NCBI GenBank assembly: GCA_002419215.1
Contig: DIFQ01000059.1
Coordinates: 2,220 to 66,219 of the forward strand
Source: Syntrophaceae bacterium UBA5744
Lineage (GTDB): Bacteria > Desulfobacterota > Syntrophia > Syntrophales > UBA2192
DNA length: 64,000 bases
Direction: 5' to 3'
The notes beneath the pieces were generated by a model. It was not told where the DNA came from. It was given only the letters and a program-made list of their open reading frames with translations, and ran no database searches. Numbering within the stretch: position 1 is the stretch's first letter; the number at the start of each line of letters is the position of its first letter. This document shows, one piece after another, positions 53,257 to 63,609 of this stretch. The position numbers and the translations under genes were made by a program.

Positions 53257-53922
53257 CTATTTCTCCTCGTAACCGAGCGGCATCACGTAGAGGGGGATCG
53301 CCGTATTTGACAGGTTCAGGCCCTTGCGGATTGCCCCCTCGTCGATGCCCGCGACGAGACAGGTCCCGACCCCCCGGGCTGTGCCCATGAGGTACACGTT
53401 CTGCGCGATGGCCCCCGCCGTGGCGTGGGCCCAGCGCAGACGATCTTCGCTGCCGGCAAATAACCCGGGGATTTTCCCGCTGTCGGCCACCAGGACAAGC
53501 ACGTGGGAGGCCCGCCCGACGAAGCGCTGGCTCGTGAGGCGCTCCTTGAGGCCTGCCGGGGCGGCGGCCGTCAGTCGATGGGCCATTGCGTCATAGCGCC
53601 AGGCGCCCTCGTCGCTCACCACGTAGATCTCGAGGTAGTCATTGCCAAAGGCCGCCGGAGCCGTGCGCCTTCCGTAGTCACGGTTTACGCCGTTTGCCGC
53701 CCAGAGGATCGCGGAGAGGTCCTGAGTGCCGAGTTTTTCCGATCGATAGTCCCTCACGGACTTGCGTTTCTCCAGGGCCGACACGAGGTCCGACTGAACG
53801 GATGCCGGCCGCTTCGGCAGGGCAATGTCCTGCGGTCCCGCACCGAATGCGGGAAAAGCCAGGAGGATGATTGGCAGGGACATGGCAATCCGCCTGATCC
53901 ATCGGGCATGAGTCCTTTCCAT
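53257..53922 (-). CDS. secreted nitroreductase-family (SagB-type dehydrogenase-like) protein
   Basis: Signal peptide. KRKSVRDYRSEKL..ILWAANG nitroreductase motif. Start uncertain (53922/53883/53973). Confidence 0.8.
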   Translation of the reverse strand: MERTHARWIRRIAMSLPIILLAFPAFGAGPQDIALPKRPASVQSDLVSALEKRKSVRDYRSEKLGTQDLSAILWAANGVNRDYGRRTAPAAFGNDYLEIYVVSDEGAWRYDAMAHRLTAAAPAGLKERLTSQRFVGRASHVLVLVADSGKIPGLFAGSEDRLRWAHATAGAIAQNVYLMGTARGVGTCLVAGIDEGAIRKGLNLSNTAIPLYVMPLGYEEK

Positions 53923-54018
53923 TGCTCCTGGAACCCTCCTTTCCACGGTCTTTCTGTTGCTGAATGATCCCACAGAAACCCCTCGATGAAAAGCAAAACC
54001 CCGGGGACAAAAGAGCGC

Positions 54019-54047
54019 TTGACAAGAAATATCAGGAGGAGTTTAAT
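54019..54047 (+). promoter_or_regulatory. strong sigma70-like promoter with no downstream plus-strand gene
   Basis: TTGACA (54019-54024), 17-nt spacer, TTTAAT (54042-54047), in an AT-rich patch. Confidence 0.4.
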
Positions 54048-54053
54048 AAATGT

Positions 54054-54188
54054 AAATCAAAACATCGATCGAATTGTCTTTCTTCTTCGACCTGCCTTTG
54101 TATTTCCCGTAGCCGATTAACCTTCTGACTGCAGCAGGCTTTTTCCCCTGTTTTTCCATGATGGGCCCGATATCGGGTCCCATTTTTC
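54054..54188 (+). ncRNA. candidate small RNA (about 135 nt), family unknown
   Basis: Bounded by the promoter at 54019-54047 and the terminator at 54161-54188. No convincing ORF. Both flanking genes are on the opposite strand. Confidence 0.3.
54161..54188 (+). terminator. rho-independent terminator (orphan, plus strand)
   Basis: Near-perfect palindrome ATGGGCCCGAT/ATCGGGTCCCAT followed by TTTTT. Confidence 0.6.
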
Positions 54189-54356
54189 CGGGCCGGACCC
54201 AATTTCACCCTAACACCCCCCAAGGGCGCGCGCGGCCCGACGGGGATGGTTCCATAGCAGGGGGGCTTCCGCTCTGGGGTTTCGCGGAAGCCCTCCTCGC
54301 ATGTCAGGCGCCAGCCTTCGCTTCGCTCTGGATGAGCAGGATCGAGGAATGGGATT

Positions 54357-54408
54357 TTCACCCTCACCCCGACCCTCTCCCCTCAAGGGAGAGGGAGACT
54401 AAGGTGAT
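54357..54408. repeat. TTCACCCTCACCCC..CTCTCCCCTCAAGGGAGAGGG hairpin repeat, second copy
   Basis: TTCACCCTCACCCCGACCCTCTCCCCTCAAGGGAGAGGGAGACTAAGGTGA, just downstream of the HD-domain gene. Confidence 0.8.
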
Positions 54409-54413
54409 GGCCT

Positions 54414-54974
54414 CTAGAGGCCGAGCCGGTCGCTGATTTCCCTCATCGCCGTCAGGGAAAGTTCCACAAATTCTTCCAGCGGGATGCCGATTTTTTCGCA
54501 CTCGAGAATGTTCTCGCGTCTCACCGAGGCGGCAAAGGCCTTTTCCTTCATCCGCTTGACCACCGACTTTCCCTTCACGCCGGCGATCTTCCTGTCGGGG
54601 TAGACCATGGTGGTTGCGATGATGAGGCCCGTGACCGTTTCGCCCGCCGCGAGGGCGTGCTGGAACTCCGTGCTGCGCTTTCTCCCGGCGACCCTCTCGT
54701 TGTGCATCTTGATGGCGTCGATGATCTCGGCATCCAGGCCTTTTCCCTTCAGGATCCTCTCCGTCTCGAGGCAGTGGACGTTGAGGTCGGCGCTGCAGAG
54801 CTCCACATCCAGATCGTGCAGCAGTCCCGCCAGGCCCCACTTTTCCTCGTCGCGCCCCAGCCTCCGTGCAAGGGCCCGCATGACGGCCTCCGAGGCCAGG
54901 CAGTGGTTGATCATCCTCTCGTTCCTGATGTGCTGCCCGAGCAGCGCAAGCGCTTCATCCCGCGTCATGGACAT
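54414..54974 (-). CDS. HD/HDIG-domain metal-dependent phosphohydrolase
   Basis: H..HD motif (NHCL..GLLHDLD) and a later H/D pair. Confidence 0.85.
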   Translation of the reverse strand: MSMTRDEALALLGQHIRNERMINHCLASEAVMRALARRLGRDEEKWGLAGLLHDLDVELCSADLNVHCLETERILKGKGLDAEIIDAIKMHNERVAGRKRSTEFQHALAAGETVTGLIIATTMVYPDRKIAGVKGKSVVKRMKEKAFAASVRRENILECEKIGIPLEEFVELSLTAMREISDRLGL

Positions 54975-55006
54975 GGCTCTGCCTTCCTGGTCATCGCTGC
55001 TTCCGT

Positions 55007-55999
<993 letters not shown>

Positions 56000-56019
56000 C
56001 TGTGAACCCCTTTCCGGAC

Positions 56020-56340
56020 TCAACCTGCCTTCACGGCCGTGCCGCTCACGCTGACCATGAGCATGCCGTTCTTCTCGCCGAGGACCTCGTAGTCGATGTC
56101 GACGCCAACGACGGCGTTGGCCCCGCGGGCGCTGGCCGCCTCCTCGAGTTCCTGGAAAGCGATCTCCCGGGCGCGCCGCAGCTCCTTCTCGTAGGAGCCC
56201 GAGCGCCCGCCCACGATGTCTCGCACACCCGCGAAAAGGTCCCGGAAGATATTGGCCCCGAGAACGGCCTCGCCGGTGACGACTCCCAGATACTCGCGGA
56301 TGGGTTTCCCCTCGATGCCGGGCGTGGTGGTAACGATCAT
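56020..56340 (-). CDS. ybjQ: YbjQ-family (UPF0145) protein
   Basis: [29 protein letters not shown] is a canonical YbjQ sequence. Confidence 0.9.
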   Translation of the reverse strand: MIVTTTPGIEGKPIREYLGVVTGEAVLGANIFRDLFAGVRDIVGGRSGSYEKELRRAREIAFQELEEAASARGANAVVGVDIDYEVLGEKNGMLMVSVSGTAVKAG

Positions 56341-56421
56341 GGCCTGCCTCCTCTACCGGTTTATTGTCTGAAGATTCCCACAAATCGCCCGATCGATCAA
56401 CCACGGGTTTCACACCCCGCC

Positions 56422-56450
56422 TTGCATCCCCTCCGATGACTTGCTATAGT
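56422..56450 (+). promoter_or_regulatory. candidate sigma70 promoter of the outer-membrane protein gene
   Basis: TTGCAT (56422-56427), 17-nt spacer, TATAGT (56445-56450). Confidence 0.45.
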
Positions 56451-56483
56451 CTTGAGGCAATTCGCCAGAGAGGAGCATTCTTC

Positions 56484-57413
56484 ATGCGCATCCGCACCAT
56501 TTTCCCGGCAGTCCTGTCCGCAGCCCTGCTGTTCACCTTCCTCGCCCCCTGCGCCCAGGCGCAGCCTGCCGGTCCCGGGGACGCGAACCGAACGGTGTAC
56601 TCCTTCTCGTTTGCACCGATCTACCAGTTCGAGTCCGACTTCGACCATGGCGGCAGCTTCAGCGTGCAGCGTTACGCGTTCAACTTCGACACATCGACAC
56701 CCGTCACGAGCGCGCTGCGCGCCGGCATCAGCCTGGGCTACGAGTTCGATGGCTATGACTTCTCCGGCACGACGGCCTTCGCGGGGGCGGACCCCTGGAG
56801 CGACATCCACCGGTTCTCCGCCGGGCTGCCCGTCAGCTACCGCATGACCGACAGCTGGTCGGTCTTCGTCTCCCCCCAGGTGGAGTGGTATGGCGAATCG
56901 GGTGTCGGCAACTGGGACGACGCCTTCGGCTACGGGGCCGTCTTTGCCGTGTCCTACCGCGTCAGCCCCGCGTTCACACTGGGCGCAGGGGCGGGTGTGT
57001 TCCGCCGCACGGAGGAAACGAAGGGCTTTCCCTACATCGCCGTCGACTGGAAGATCACCGAGGATCTTCGCCTGAGCAACCCCTTCCGCACGAGCCCCTC
57101 CGGTCCGGCAGGCCTGGAGCTTTCCTGGCGGATCTCCGATCGCTGGGAGATCGCGGCGGGGGGCGCTTACCGGTCGTTCCGTTTCCGGCTCGATGACAGC
57201 GGGGTGGCGCCCGACGGGGTCGGCGAACAGGAATCGACGGTGGGCTATGCACGGCTGACGTACCGGATGGGCAGGGACCTCAAGTTGGATCTTTACGGAG
57301 GGGCGGCCTTCAACGGGAAGATGAGGATCAACGATCGCAACGGCAACGAACTGGGTTCCGACGACTTCGAAACAGCCCCTTTGGCGGCCCTGTCCCTGAC
57401 GCTGAATTTCTGA
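56484..57413 (+). CDS. hypothetical outer-membrane beta-barrel protein
   Basis: Signal peptide (AALLFTFLAPCAQA). Alternating beta-strand pattern. C-terminal LSLTLNF aromatic terminus. Confidence 0.7.
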   Translation: MRIRTIFPAVLSAALLFTFLAPCAQAQPAGPGDANRTVYSFSFAPIYQFESDFDHGGSFSVQRYAFNFDTSTPVTSALRAGISLGYEFDGYDFSGTTAFAGADPWSDIHRFSAGLPVSYRMTDSWSVFVSPQVEWYGESGVGNWDDAFGYGAVFAVSYRVSPAFTLGAGAGVFRRTEETKGFPYIAVDWKITEDLRLSNPFRTSPSGPAGLELSWRISDRWEIAAGGAYRSFRFRLDDSGVAPDGVGEQESTVGYARLTYRMGRDLKLDLYGGAAFNGKMRINDRNGNELGSDDFETAPLAALSLTLNF

Positions 57414-57534
57414 CCCCCCGGCGGCCTCCGGACGTCCGGCAGGCGGCACAAGGCATCTTTCTTGCTATGGAAGTACCCCGTCCCCGGCCCATCGCCAGGC
57501 GAGCCTGCGAAACATGCCCGGGGCGAGGTGACCC

Positions 57535-58398
57535 ATGCAGTACCGAATGCTTGCAGCCATCGTCCTGATTCTTTGCGTGGCAGCCTGCACCAGCGTGAAG
57601 GACGAACCCCTTCCGCTCAGCCGCGAAAACATCGAGAAGTATGCCGCCGCCGTGGGCAAAAGCTCCCGGAAGCTCGAGCCCGATGCAGGCAGCGTCATCG
57701 AACGGGTAGACGTCCTCTACCGCTCCCCCCTCGAGAACCACCTCGGCTACAGCTTCGACCGGACGCTGCGACACTACTTCGTCAACCGGGCCGGCATCAC
57801 GGCAGACCCGGAGTCCCGGGTCTTCGCCGATCTGATCACGCCGGGGGCCCAGGCCGTTCTCATGAACGCGGACGAGGCCCTGAGGGCGGGGCTGATTTCC
57901 ACGCGGACCCGAGACCTGCTTTCGGTTCTCTCCAAGTTCCGCTGCGACCACGCCCTGCTGCTCAGCGGCGGGGAATGGGAGCGGATGGCGGGATTTCTGA
58001 CTCTCGTGGCGGATTGCTCGAAACTCGAGGGCGGGGCCTGCTCGGCAGGCACGCTGATGGAAATGGCGCTCCAGCAGGGCATCACCCCGCTGGAAGAGCC
58101 GCTGGACGAATCGAGCACCGGCAGTCGGGAGCCCGCGATTGACGTCCGTGAGGCGCTCTACAGAAAGTTCAACCTCGCCCGCTGGGACGGTACCGGCCTG
58201 TTTATCGGCTCAGACGCCGAAGAGATCGACGCTTCCTCCCTCCTGGATGACCCGGACCGGCGGTTCACCGTCAACGAGCGGGTCGTTTATTTCGCCGATC
58301 AGTACTCGAAGATGGTCAGGGAGGAGCAGGGTCTCGCCCCCGGGGGCGGCCGCGGGCTTCAACAGGGCAAAAGCGTCGCTGCGGGAAACCGATCCTGA
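57535..58398 (+). CDS. hypothetical lipoprotein
   Basis: Lipobox ILCVAAC. No family recognised. Confidence 0.68.
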   Translation: MQYRMLAAIVLILCVAACTSVKDEPLPLSRENIEKYAAAVGKSSRKLEPDAGSVIERVDVLYRSPLENHLGYSFDRTLRHYFVNRAGITADPESRVFADLITPGAQAVLMNADEALRAGLISTRTRDLLSVLSKFRCDHALLLSGGEWERMAGFLTLVADCSKLEGGACSAGTLMEMALQQGITPLEEPLDESSTGSREPAIDVREALYRKFNLARWDGTGLFIGSDAEEIDASSLLDDPDRRFTVNERVVYFADQYSKMVREEQGLAPGGGRGLQQGKSVAAGNRS

Positions 58399-58453
58399 CA
58401 GACTCCCGGTGAAGTTCGAAGCGCAGAAGCTTTGAAGTTCCCCCTTCCCCGCC

Positions 58454-58482
58454 TTGACACCGGAACCAATTCCCCCTAGACT
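58454..58482 (+). promoter_or_regulatory. candidate sigma70 promoter of the MaoC-like gene
   Basis: TTGACA (58454-58459), 17-nt spacer, TAGACT (58477-58482). Implies a leader of about 120 nt. Confidence 0.4.
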
Positions 58483-58606
58483 GCCGATGGCGGCGCGAAT
58501 CCCGCTGTACGGCCCATGGCCGGGGTTGCGCTTGCAATGACGGGGTAAGGGGCAATGTCGCGTAACCTCGCCGGTTGCGGATCCATGACTGAAGGAGGGA
58601 GCTGTC

Positions 58607-59446
58607 ATGACGCTGGACCTGTCGGCCATCGGCCGTCCCATCGGCCCCATCGTCCGGGAATACGGGTGGAAGGACGTCATCCTGTACGCCCTGTCGGTGG
58701 GAGCGGGCTTTGACGAACTCGAGTACACCTGGGAGAAGAACCTCAAGGTCATCCCCACTTTTTCCGTCGCCACGATCTTCGACTTCTTCTGGGCCGTGGC
58801 GAAGAATTCCAACCTCAACCCGAAGGGGGCCCTTCACGGCGAGCAGGAGATCCTCTTCCACAACCCCATTCCCGTCTCGGGGACACTCACCACCACCGGA
58901 ACCGTCACGAACTGCTTCGACAAGGGCAGGAAGGGCGCCGTCATCCGGGGCCGGAGCGTCACCCTCCACTCCAGCGGGGCAAAGCTCTATACCAACACGA
59001 TGAGCATCTTCAGCCGGCTCGACGGCGGCTTCGGCGGCGAGGAAGGTCCCTCACGGACCGTCGAGTTCCCCGGACGCGGCCCCGACTACACCGTCGAAGC
59101 AGGGACCTCGCCCGACCAACCCCTGCTCTATCGCCTCACGGGTGACTTCTTCTCCCTGCACGTGGACCCCGAATTCGCCCGGGCCTCGGGCTTCGAGAAA
59201 CCGATCATGCACGGCCTGTGCACCTTCGGCTTTGCCTGCCGGGCGCTGCTGAAATGCCTTATCCCCGGCGAGCCCGAGCGCACCCGGCGAATGGCCTGCC
59301 GGTTCACGCGGCCCCTCTATCCCGGTGAGCCCATCCGGACGCTCGTCTGGAAGACTGATGAAGGCAGGGCCCTCTGGCGGGTCGTCCACGCGGCCACGGG
59401 CCAGAGCGTCATCGACGGCGGGGAGTTCGAGTACGGCGACCGCTGA
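58607..59446 (+). CDS. MaoC-like double hot-dog (R)-hydratase/dehydratase
   Basis: GGAGGG SD. N-terminal pseudo-hot-dog and a C-terminal MaoC segment (YRLTGDFFSLHVDPEFA..GFEKPIMHG). Confidence 0.85.
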   Translation: MTLDLSAIGRPIGPIVREYGWKDVILYALSVGAGFDELEYTWEKNLKVIPTFSVATIFDFFWAVAKNSNLNPKGALHGEQEILFHNPIPVSGTLTTTGTVTNCFDKGRKGAVIRGRSVTLHSSGAKLYTNTMSIFSRLDGGFGGEEGPSRTVEFPGRGPDYTVEAGTSPDQPLLYRLTGDFFSLHVDPEFARASGFEKPIMHGLCTFGFACRALLKCLIPGEPERTRRMACRFTRPLYPGEPIRTLVWKTDEGRALWRVVHAATGQSVIDGGEFEYGDR

Positions 59447-59457
59447 ACGACCGCAGC

Positions 59458-59739
59458 CTACTTGTAGTAGCAGACGTAGGAGGCGTCAGCGGGCACGTCG
59501 AGCTGAAATTTTTGGTTCGCCTCCACCTCGAACCGGTCATAGGGCTTGCAGGTCCTCCACTGAGCCTGGCCGGGGAGTTTTACCTTCAGGACGCCCGTGG
59601 TGACGACCATGATCTCCTTTTGGGAGGTCCCGAACTCATAGCTGCCCTTTGCCATCACCCCGACCGTAGCCGGCCCTTCGCTCGTCGTGAGCGAAATGGA
59701 CTTCACGTTGCCCTCGAAATACTCGTTCACCTTCAGCAT
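59458..59739 (-). CDS. ppnP: pyrimidine/purine nucleoside phosphorylase PpnP (DUF1255)
   Basis: [15 protein letters not shown].., 93 aa cupin-like sequence typical of PpnP/YaiE. Confidence 0.85.
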   Translation of the reverse strand: MLKVNEYFEGNVKSISLTTSEGPATVGVMAKGSYEFGTSQKEIMVVTTGVLKVKLPGQAQWRTCKPYDRFEVEANQKFQLDVPADASYVCYYK

Positions 59740-60182
59740 GCCCTGCCTCCCGGGATTATTTTGCATGATCCTATGGGGTGACGCCGCACCCGTCAACAAA
59801 AATGATGATCCGTAAATTATCCACAGGGCGGGTGATCGTGCAACCAATGTCCGGTTATCTAATGCCCGCGGTATTAGATTTCGGCCTTTTCCCCCTAATG
59901 CTCTTTTCGTATTTTTTGAAACGCCGCATTTCGCACTTTACATTTCGAAAGGTCGGGTTGTAGATTTTCGCAATCCCCCTTCCACAACCTGCAACGCAAG
60001 AGCAGGACCGCCTGCCCGTATGGATCGGATGGCTGCCGCCTGAACGCGTGAAGGTTCACTGTCCGCCTGCGGGACGCCGCACGTCACAGGAAGTCAATGA
60101 ACGCCGTGACGGTGTCTCCGGTTCTTTCGTACGGGGTGGATGCGAACGCGAAGCGGGTTCGAAAAAAAGAAGGAGGGTTCAC

Positions 60183-60575
60183 ATGATTCGCCATTTCACG
60201 AAGAAAAGGGGACAGAAGGGCTTCACGCTGATCGAGCTCATGATCGTCGTGGGCATCATCGCCATCCTTGCGGCCATCGCCATCCCGCAGTTCGTCAACT
60301 ACAGAAATCGCGCTTTCCGGGCCGAGCTCAATTCAGATCTGAGGAACGCATTCACGGCGGCACAGGCCTATTTTTCCGATTACCCGGGCGCGATGATCGA
60401 CGGCATCTTGAAGCTTACGAGCGCCGGATATCTGCCCTCTCCCCATGTGAGCTGGAGTTCCGGCAACCTGAAGGTCGATTCCGGTTCGATCTCGTTTACC
60501 CATGGCCAGCTTCCTGCCACGAAAAACACAGGGTCCGTCGACAACGTGGGCAAGATTACCATGCCCGGCACATGA
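60183..60575 (+). CDS. type IV pilin (prepilin N-terminal methylation domain)
   Basis: GAAGGAGGG SD. Leader ..KG|[24 protein letters not shown], then NYR and SDLRN as in Geobacter-type PilA. Followed by a strong terminator. Confidence 0.85.
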   Translation: MIRHFTKKRGQKGFTLIELMIVVGIIAILAAIAIPQFVNYRNRAFRAELNSDLRNAFTAAQAYFSDYPGAMIDGILKLTSAGYLPSPHVSWSSGNLKVDSGSISFTHGQLPATKNTGSVDNVGKITMPGT

Positions 60576-60622
60576 GTTTCCGCCATGCCTGCCCGGGAAA
60601 CGCCGACCATGCCGTCCGCTCA

Positions 60623-60655
60623 ACGGGGCAGCGCGTTTTGGCTGCCCCGTTTTTA
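60623..60655 (+). terminator. rho-independent terminator after the pilin gene
   Basis: ACGGGGCAGC-gcgttttg-GCTGCCCCGT followed by TTTTT. Confidence 0.85.
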
Positions 60656-60672
60656 TACCGCCGGAAGACCGT

Positions 60673-61944
60673 TCACTCCCAGCCCTTCTTCCACATGTCC
60701 TCGTCGTCGTATACTTTCTCGTCCGCAGCGTGGGCCTCGGCGGCGTCAGCCTCGTAGTCGCGGGGGAGCCGCCCTTTCCGCTCGAAGTGCTCCCGGTACC
60801 ACTCGTGGGCCGCGATCAGGGACATGACCTCGCTGGTGCCCGTCCAGATCGAGGCCAGGCGGATGTCGCGGAAGATCCGCTCGACGGGGAAGACGTTCGT
60901 GTAGCCGATGCCGCCCATGACCTGCATGGCGTTGTGGGCGGCTTTCTGGCAGGACTCGGTGATGAACTTCTTCGACTCGGAGACGAGCCTGCGGATCAGG
61001 TTCACGTTCACCCCCGCATCAACGGCTCGGGCCGTCATGTTGGCCATGGCGCGGCAGGCATCGAGCAGCATGGCCGCCTCGGCCACCTGGAAGCTCACGC
61101 CCTGGAACTGGTTGATCACCTGGCCGAAGGCCTTGCGCCGTGTCGTGTAGGCCGTGGCCACGTCGAGGGCGGCCCGGGCCGAGCCGATCGTCATGGCTGC
61201 CGTGCCGAGCCGCTCGGGGATCATCATCGTGTTGAAGACCTCGAAGGCCCCGTCGACCTTCCCCACCACGTTTTCCTTCGGGACCCTGACGTTTTTGAAC
61301 ACGAGACGGCCCGTCCCGCCGCCGCGGCAGCCCATGAGGCCGTAAAGATATTTCGTCTCGACGCCGGGTCCCCGCTCCACGATGAGGCACGAGAGCGCAT
61401 CCTGGGGTTTTGCCGCGGGGTTGGTCCGGGCGTAGACGAGGAAGAAGTCCGCTCCCTCGGCCCCCACGATGAAGCGCTTCTGGCCGTTGAGAAGGAAGTG
61501 GTCGCCCCGATCCTCGGCCTTCGTCGTCGCGCCGAAGAAGTCGGAGCCGCCGCGAGGCTCGGTGAGGCACTCGGCGGCGAAGCGCTCGCCCCGGAGCAGC
61601 GGCATCACGTAGCGCTCCTTCTGGGCATCCGTGCCATGCCGGATGATGGCGTCGCAGACCAGTTCCGCCCCCACGCCGAAGACGCAGGCAAGTTCGTAGC
61701 CCAGCGTGCCGATCTCCTCCATGAGCAGGCAGGTGGTGACCCAGTCCATGCCCCGGCCGCCCCACTTCACCGGGTAGCGGCACCCCAGGAGGTTCCGCCT
61801 TCCCGCCTCCTGGAGAAACTCCTTCGGGAACTTGATCGCGTCCGTGTCCATGTCGAGGATCATCTGCCGGGGGACCCACTTCACGAAGTCCCGCGCCTCG
61901 TCCCGGATCCGCCGCTGCTCTTCCGTCAGCAGAAAGTCGTACAT
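60673..61944 (-). CDS. acyl-CoA dehydrogenase family protein
   Basis: 423 aa with the ACAD N-terminal helical, middle beta (CLTEPRGGSD) and C-terminal helical domains. Confidence 0.9.
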   Translation of the reverse strand: MYDFLLTEEQRRIRDEARDFVKWVPRQMILDMDTDAIKFPKEFLQEAGRRNLLGCRYPVKWGGRGMDWVTTCLLMEEIGTLGYELACVFGVGAELVCDAIIRHGTDAQKERYVMPLLRGERFAAECLTEPRGGSDFFGATTKAEDRGDHFLLNGQKRFIVGAEGADFFLVYARTNPAAKPQDALSCLIVERGPGVETKYLYGLMGCRGGGTGRLVFKNVRVPKENVVGKVDGAFEVFNTMMIPERLGTAAMTIGSARAALDVATAYTTRRKAFGQVINQFQGVSFQVAEAAMLLDACRAMANMTARAVDAGVNVNLIRRLVSESKKFITESCQKAAHNAMQVMGGIGYTNVFPVERIFRDIRLASIWTGTSEVMSLIAAHEWYREHFERKGRLPRDYEADAAEAHAADEKVYDDEDMWKKGWE

Positions 61945-62062
61945 CGCCTCCTGTCCTCCCTTCGTGTTGAAGCATCAACGTCCGTTCTATCTGCCACAAA
62001 CCGCGGGCAAAAGGAAGGGGCGGACAAAGGCGGTTCGTTGGCTCCAATGGTTCAATCCAATG

Positions 62063-62089
62063 AAAAAGCCGCCCCTGTCGTGGGCGGCT
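62063..62089 (-). terminator. rho-independent terminator after the secreted-protein gene
   Basis: AGCCGCCC-ctgtcgt-GGGCGGCT preceded by AAAAA on the plus strand, which is a T-run on the minus strand. Confidence 0.75.
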
Positions 62090-62169
62090 CCTTCAAGCTC
62101 GCAGCCGGAAATCAATCGCAGACGTTCCGCTTCTCCGACCTTCTTACCCTCAAACCCTCTTACGCTCTG

Positions 62170-62643
62170 TCACTTGGATACCTCCTGCCAGCCCGCTGCG
62201 GGTGTGTACTTGATCCAGGGGCCGTTGAGTGTCTTCACCCTGGCGTAATCCTTCGTCAGCTCGAAATTCGTCTTGAGCATCCCGGTGCCGTCGTCGGCGC
62301 CGCGCTTCTTGTAGGTGAACCACTGGTGCTTGCCGTAATCGTAGAGGGACACCTCGTGGAGGCCCGCGGCCAGCGCAAAGTTGTCATTGACCATGTTGAC
62401 GAACCCCTCCACCTTGCCACGGGTGATGGTCGTCATCTTGTGGAATTGCCACTTTTTCGCGGAGCCGTCGTAGACCGAGGCTCCCAGGAAGCCGTACTTG
62501 AGGGTCATGTTCATGGACTTGCTCTGAATCGGCTTGAAGGCGGGAGTGCCCACATGGGCCGGGTCCTGCTGCGCATGGCCGGCGAGAGCGCCGAAAGTCA
62601 TCACGGCGCTCACGAGAACAAGGACAAAAAGACTTTTCTTCAT
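62170..62643 (-). CDS. hypothetical secreted protein
   Basis: Signal peptide (LFVLVLVSAVMTFGALAGHA). Followed by a terminator at 62063-62089. No family recognised. Confidence 0.7.
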   Translation of the reverse strand: MKKSLFVLVLVSAVMTFGALAGHAQQDPAHVGTPAFKPIQSKSMNMTLKYGFLGASVYDGSAKKWQFHKMTTITRGKVEGFVNMVNDNFALAAGLHEVSLYDYGKHQWFTYKKRGADDGTGMLKTNFELTKDYARVKTLNGPWIKYTPAAGWQEVSK

Positions 62644-62714
62644 GAAATACCTCCTGCTGGGTTCTGGGTGATGAGGGGAAAGTTGCAAGGGCCGTGCCCG
62701 GCGGAAAGCACCCG

Positions 62715-63560
62715 TCAGCCGAAGGCCCGGGGGGTGATGGCCTCGTACAGGACTTCCCGGTCGAACCCGGGAGGCGTCTCGCCTTTTTTGGCATACTGGT
62801 ACAGGGCCGCCTGGAAGATTCCCTGCAGGGCGGCCTGCACGACGGAGAGCGCGATGACATAGATCACCGCGACGGCGACAAATCCGATCGCCAGAAACCC
62901 CTTGCCGCTCGCCACCCCCGCGGCGATCAACAGAACGGCCGGCAGCGACAGCGCAAAAAAGATGAGCCCGAAGCTGAAGCCGCCGATCAGCTCCTCGCCC
63001 CAGGTTTTCTTGATCAGGCGCGCCGACTCCCGGAAGGCCTCCATGGGACCCTTGCGCTCGTTGACGAGGATCGGGATGACGAGGTAGCTCGTGATGCCCC
63101 AGGCCATGCCGAGCAGGCCCGCGATGATGCGACCGATCAGTTTCGAGCGCTCTTCGATCACCCGGAGGATCATGCCGACGCTGGCCGACACGAGGGCCCA
63201 GCCGGCGATCTCGAAGACACGCTCACCCGATGCCTGCAGGCCGTCGCCCACCGTGGGGTTGCCGCCCCGCATCCGGATGGTGGCGCAGGCCACGATGGCC
63301 GTGTTAAAGAAGATGACGATGAAATAGTTGATGAAATAGAACGCGAAGAGAACCACCAGGTTTCCCACCGTTCCATTGTGGCGGGCAATCCGCTGGACGG
63401 TGTCGATGCCGCCCAGGGCGAAGATGGGAACGACGAAGGAAGCCATGATCAGGATCAGCGCAATGCCCGAAATCGCAGGGAACACCAGGATCTCCTTGTC
63501 CTGCCTGAGCACGTCCCAGGAGGCCCTCATGATCTGCCACGACCGCTCGAACTTTTCCAC
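62715..63560 (-). CDS. hypothetical polytopic membrane protein (DUF6159-like)
   Basis: N terminus MEKFERSWQIMRASWDVLRQDKEIL and about six TM helices resemble DUF6159 proteins. Confidence 0.72.
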   Translation of the reverse strand: MEKFERSWQIMRASWDVLRQDKEILVFPAISGIALILIMASFVVPIFALGGIDTVQRIARHNGTVGNLVVLFAFYFINYFIVIFFNTAIVACATIRMRGGNPTVGDGLQASGERVFEIAGWALVSASVGMILRVIEERSKLIGRIIAGLLGMAWGITSYLVIPILVNERKGPMEAFRESARLIKKTWGEELIGGFSFGLIFFALSLPAVLLIAAGVASGKGFLAIGFVAVAVIYVIALSVVQAALQGIFQAALYQYAKKGETPPGFDREVLYEAITPRAFG

Positions 63561-63609
63561 TCTTCGCCCTTTCTGCTGCTTGTCTTCTTCTGTTGGCTGT
63601 CGGCTTTCT

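Noticed and set aside
54043-54159. 38-aa very basic minus-strand ORF (MEKQGKKPAAVRRLIGYGKYKGRSKKKDNSIDVLIYIY), antisense to the candidate sRNA.
   Set aside because: There is no SD, and the ATG directly abuts the palindromic hairpin. The AT-rich sequence readily yields Lys-rich frames. Kept only as an alternative explanation to be tested by Ribo-seq.
54032-54436. ORFs 54032..54367(-) and 54158..54436(+) in the nitroreductase/HD spacer.
   Set aside because: Both run through the palindromic terminator and the TTCACCCTCACC repeat. The products are low-complexity, and no SD is present.
59848-60182. Sigma54 (-24 GG / -12 GC) promoter upstream of the pilin gene, as in Geobacter pilA.
   Set aside because: The best candidates (GGTTGTAGATTTTCGCA, TGGCTGCCGCCTG) have wrong GG-GC spacing or lack the TTGC element. 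No enhancer-binding protein gene is nearby.
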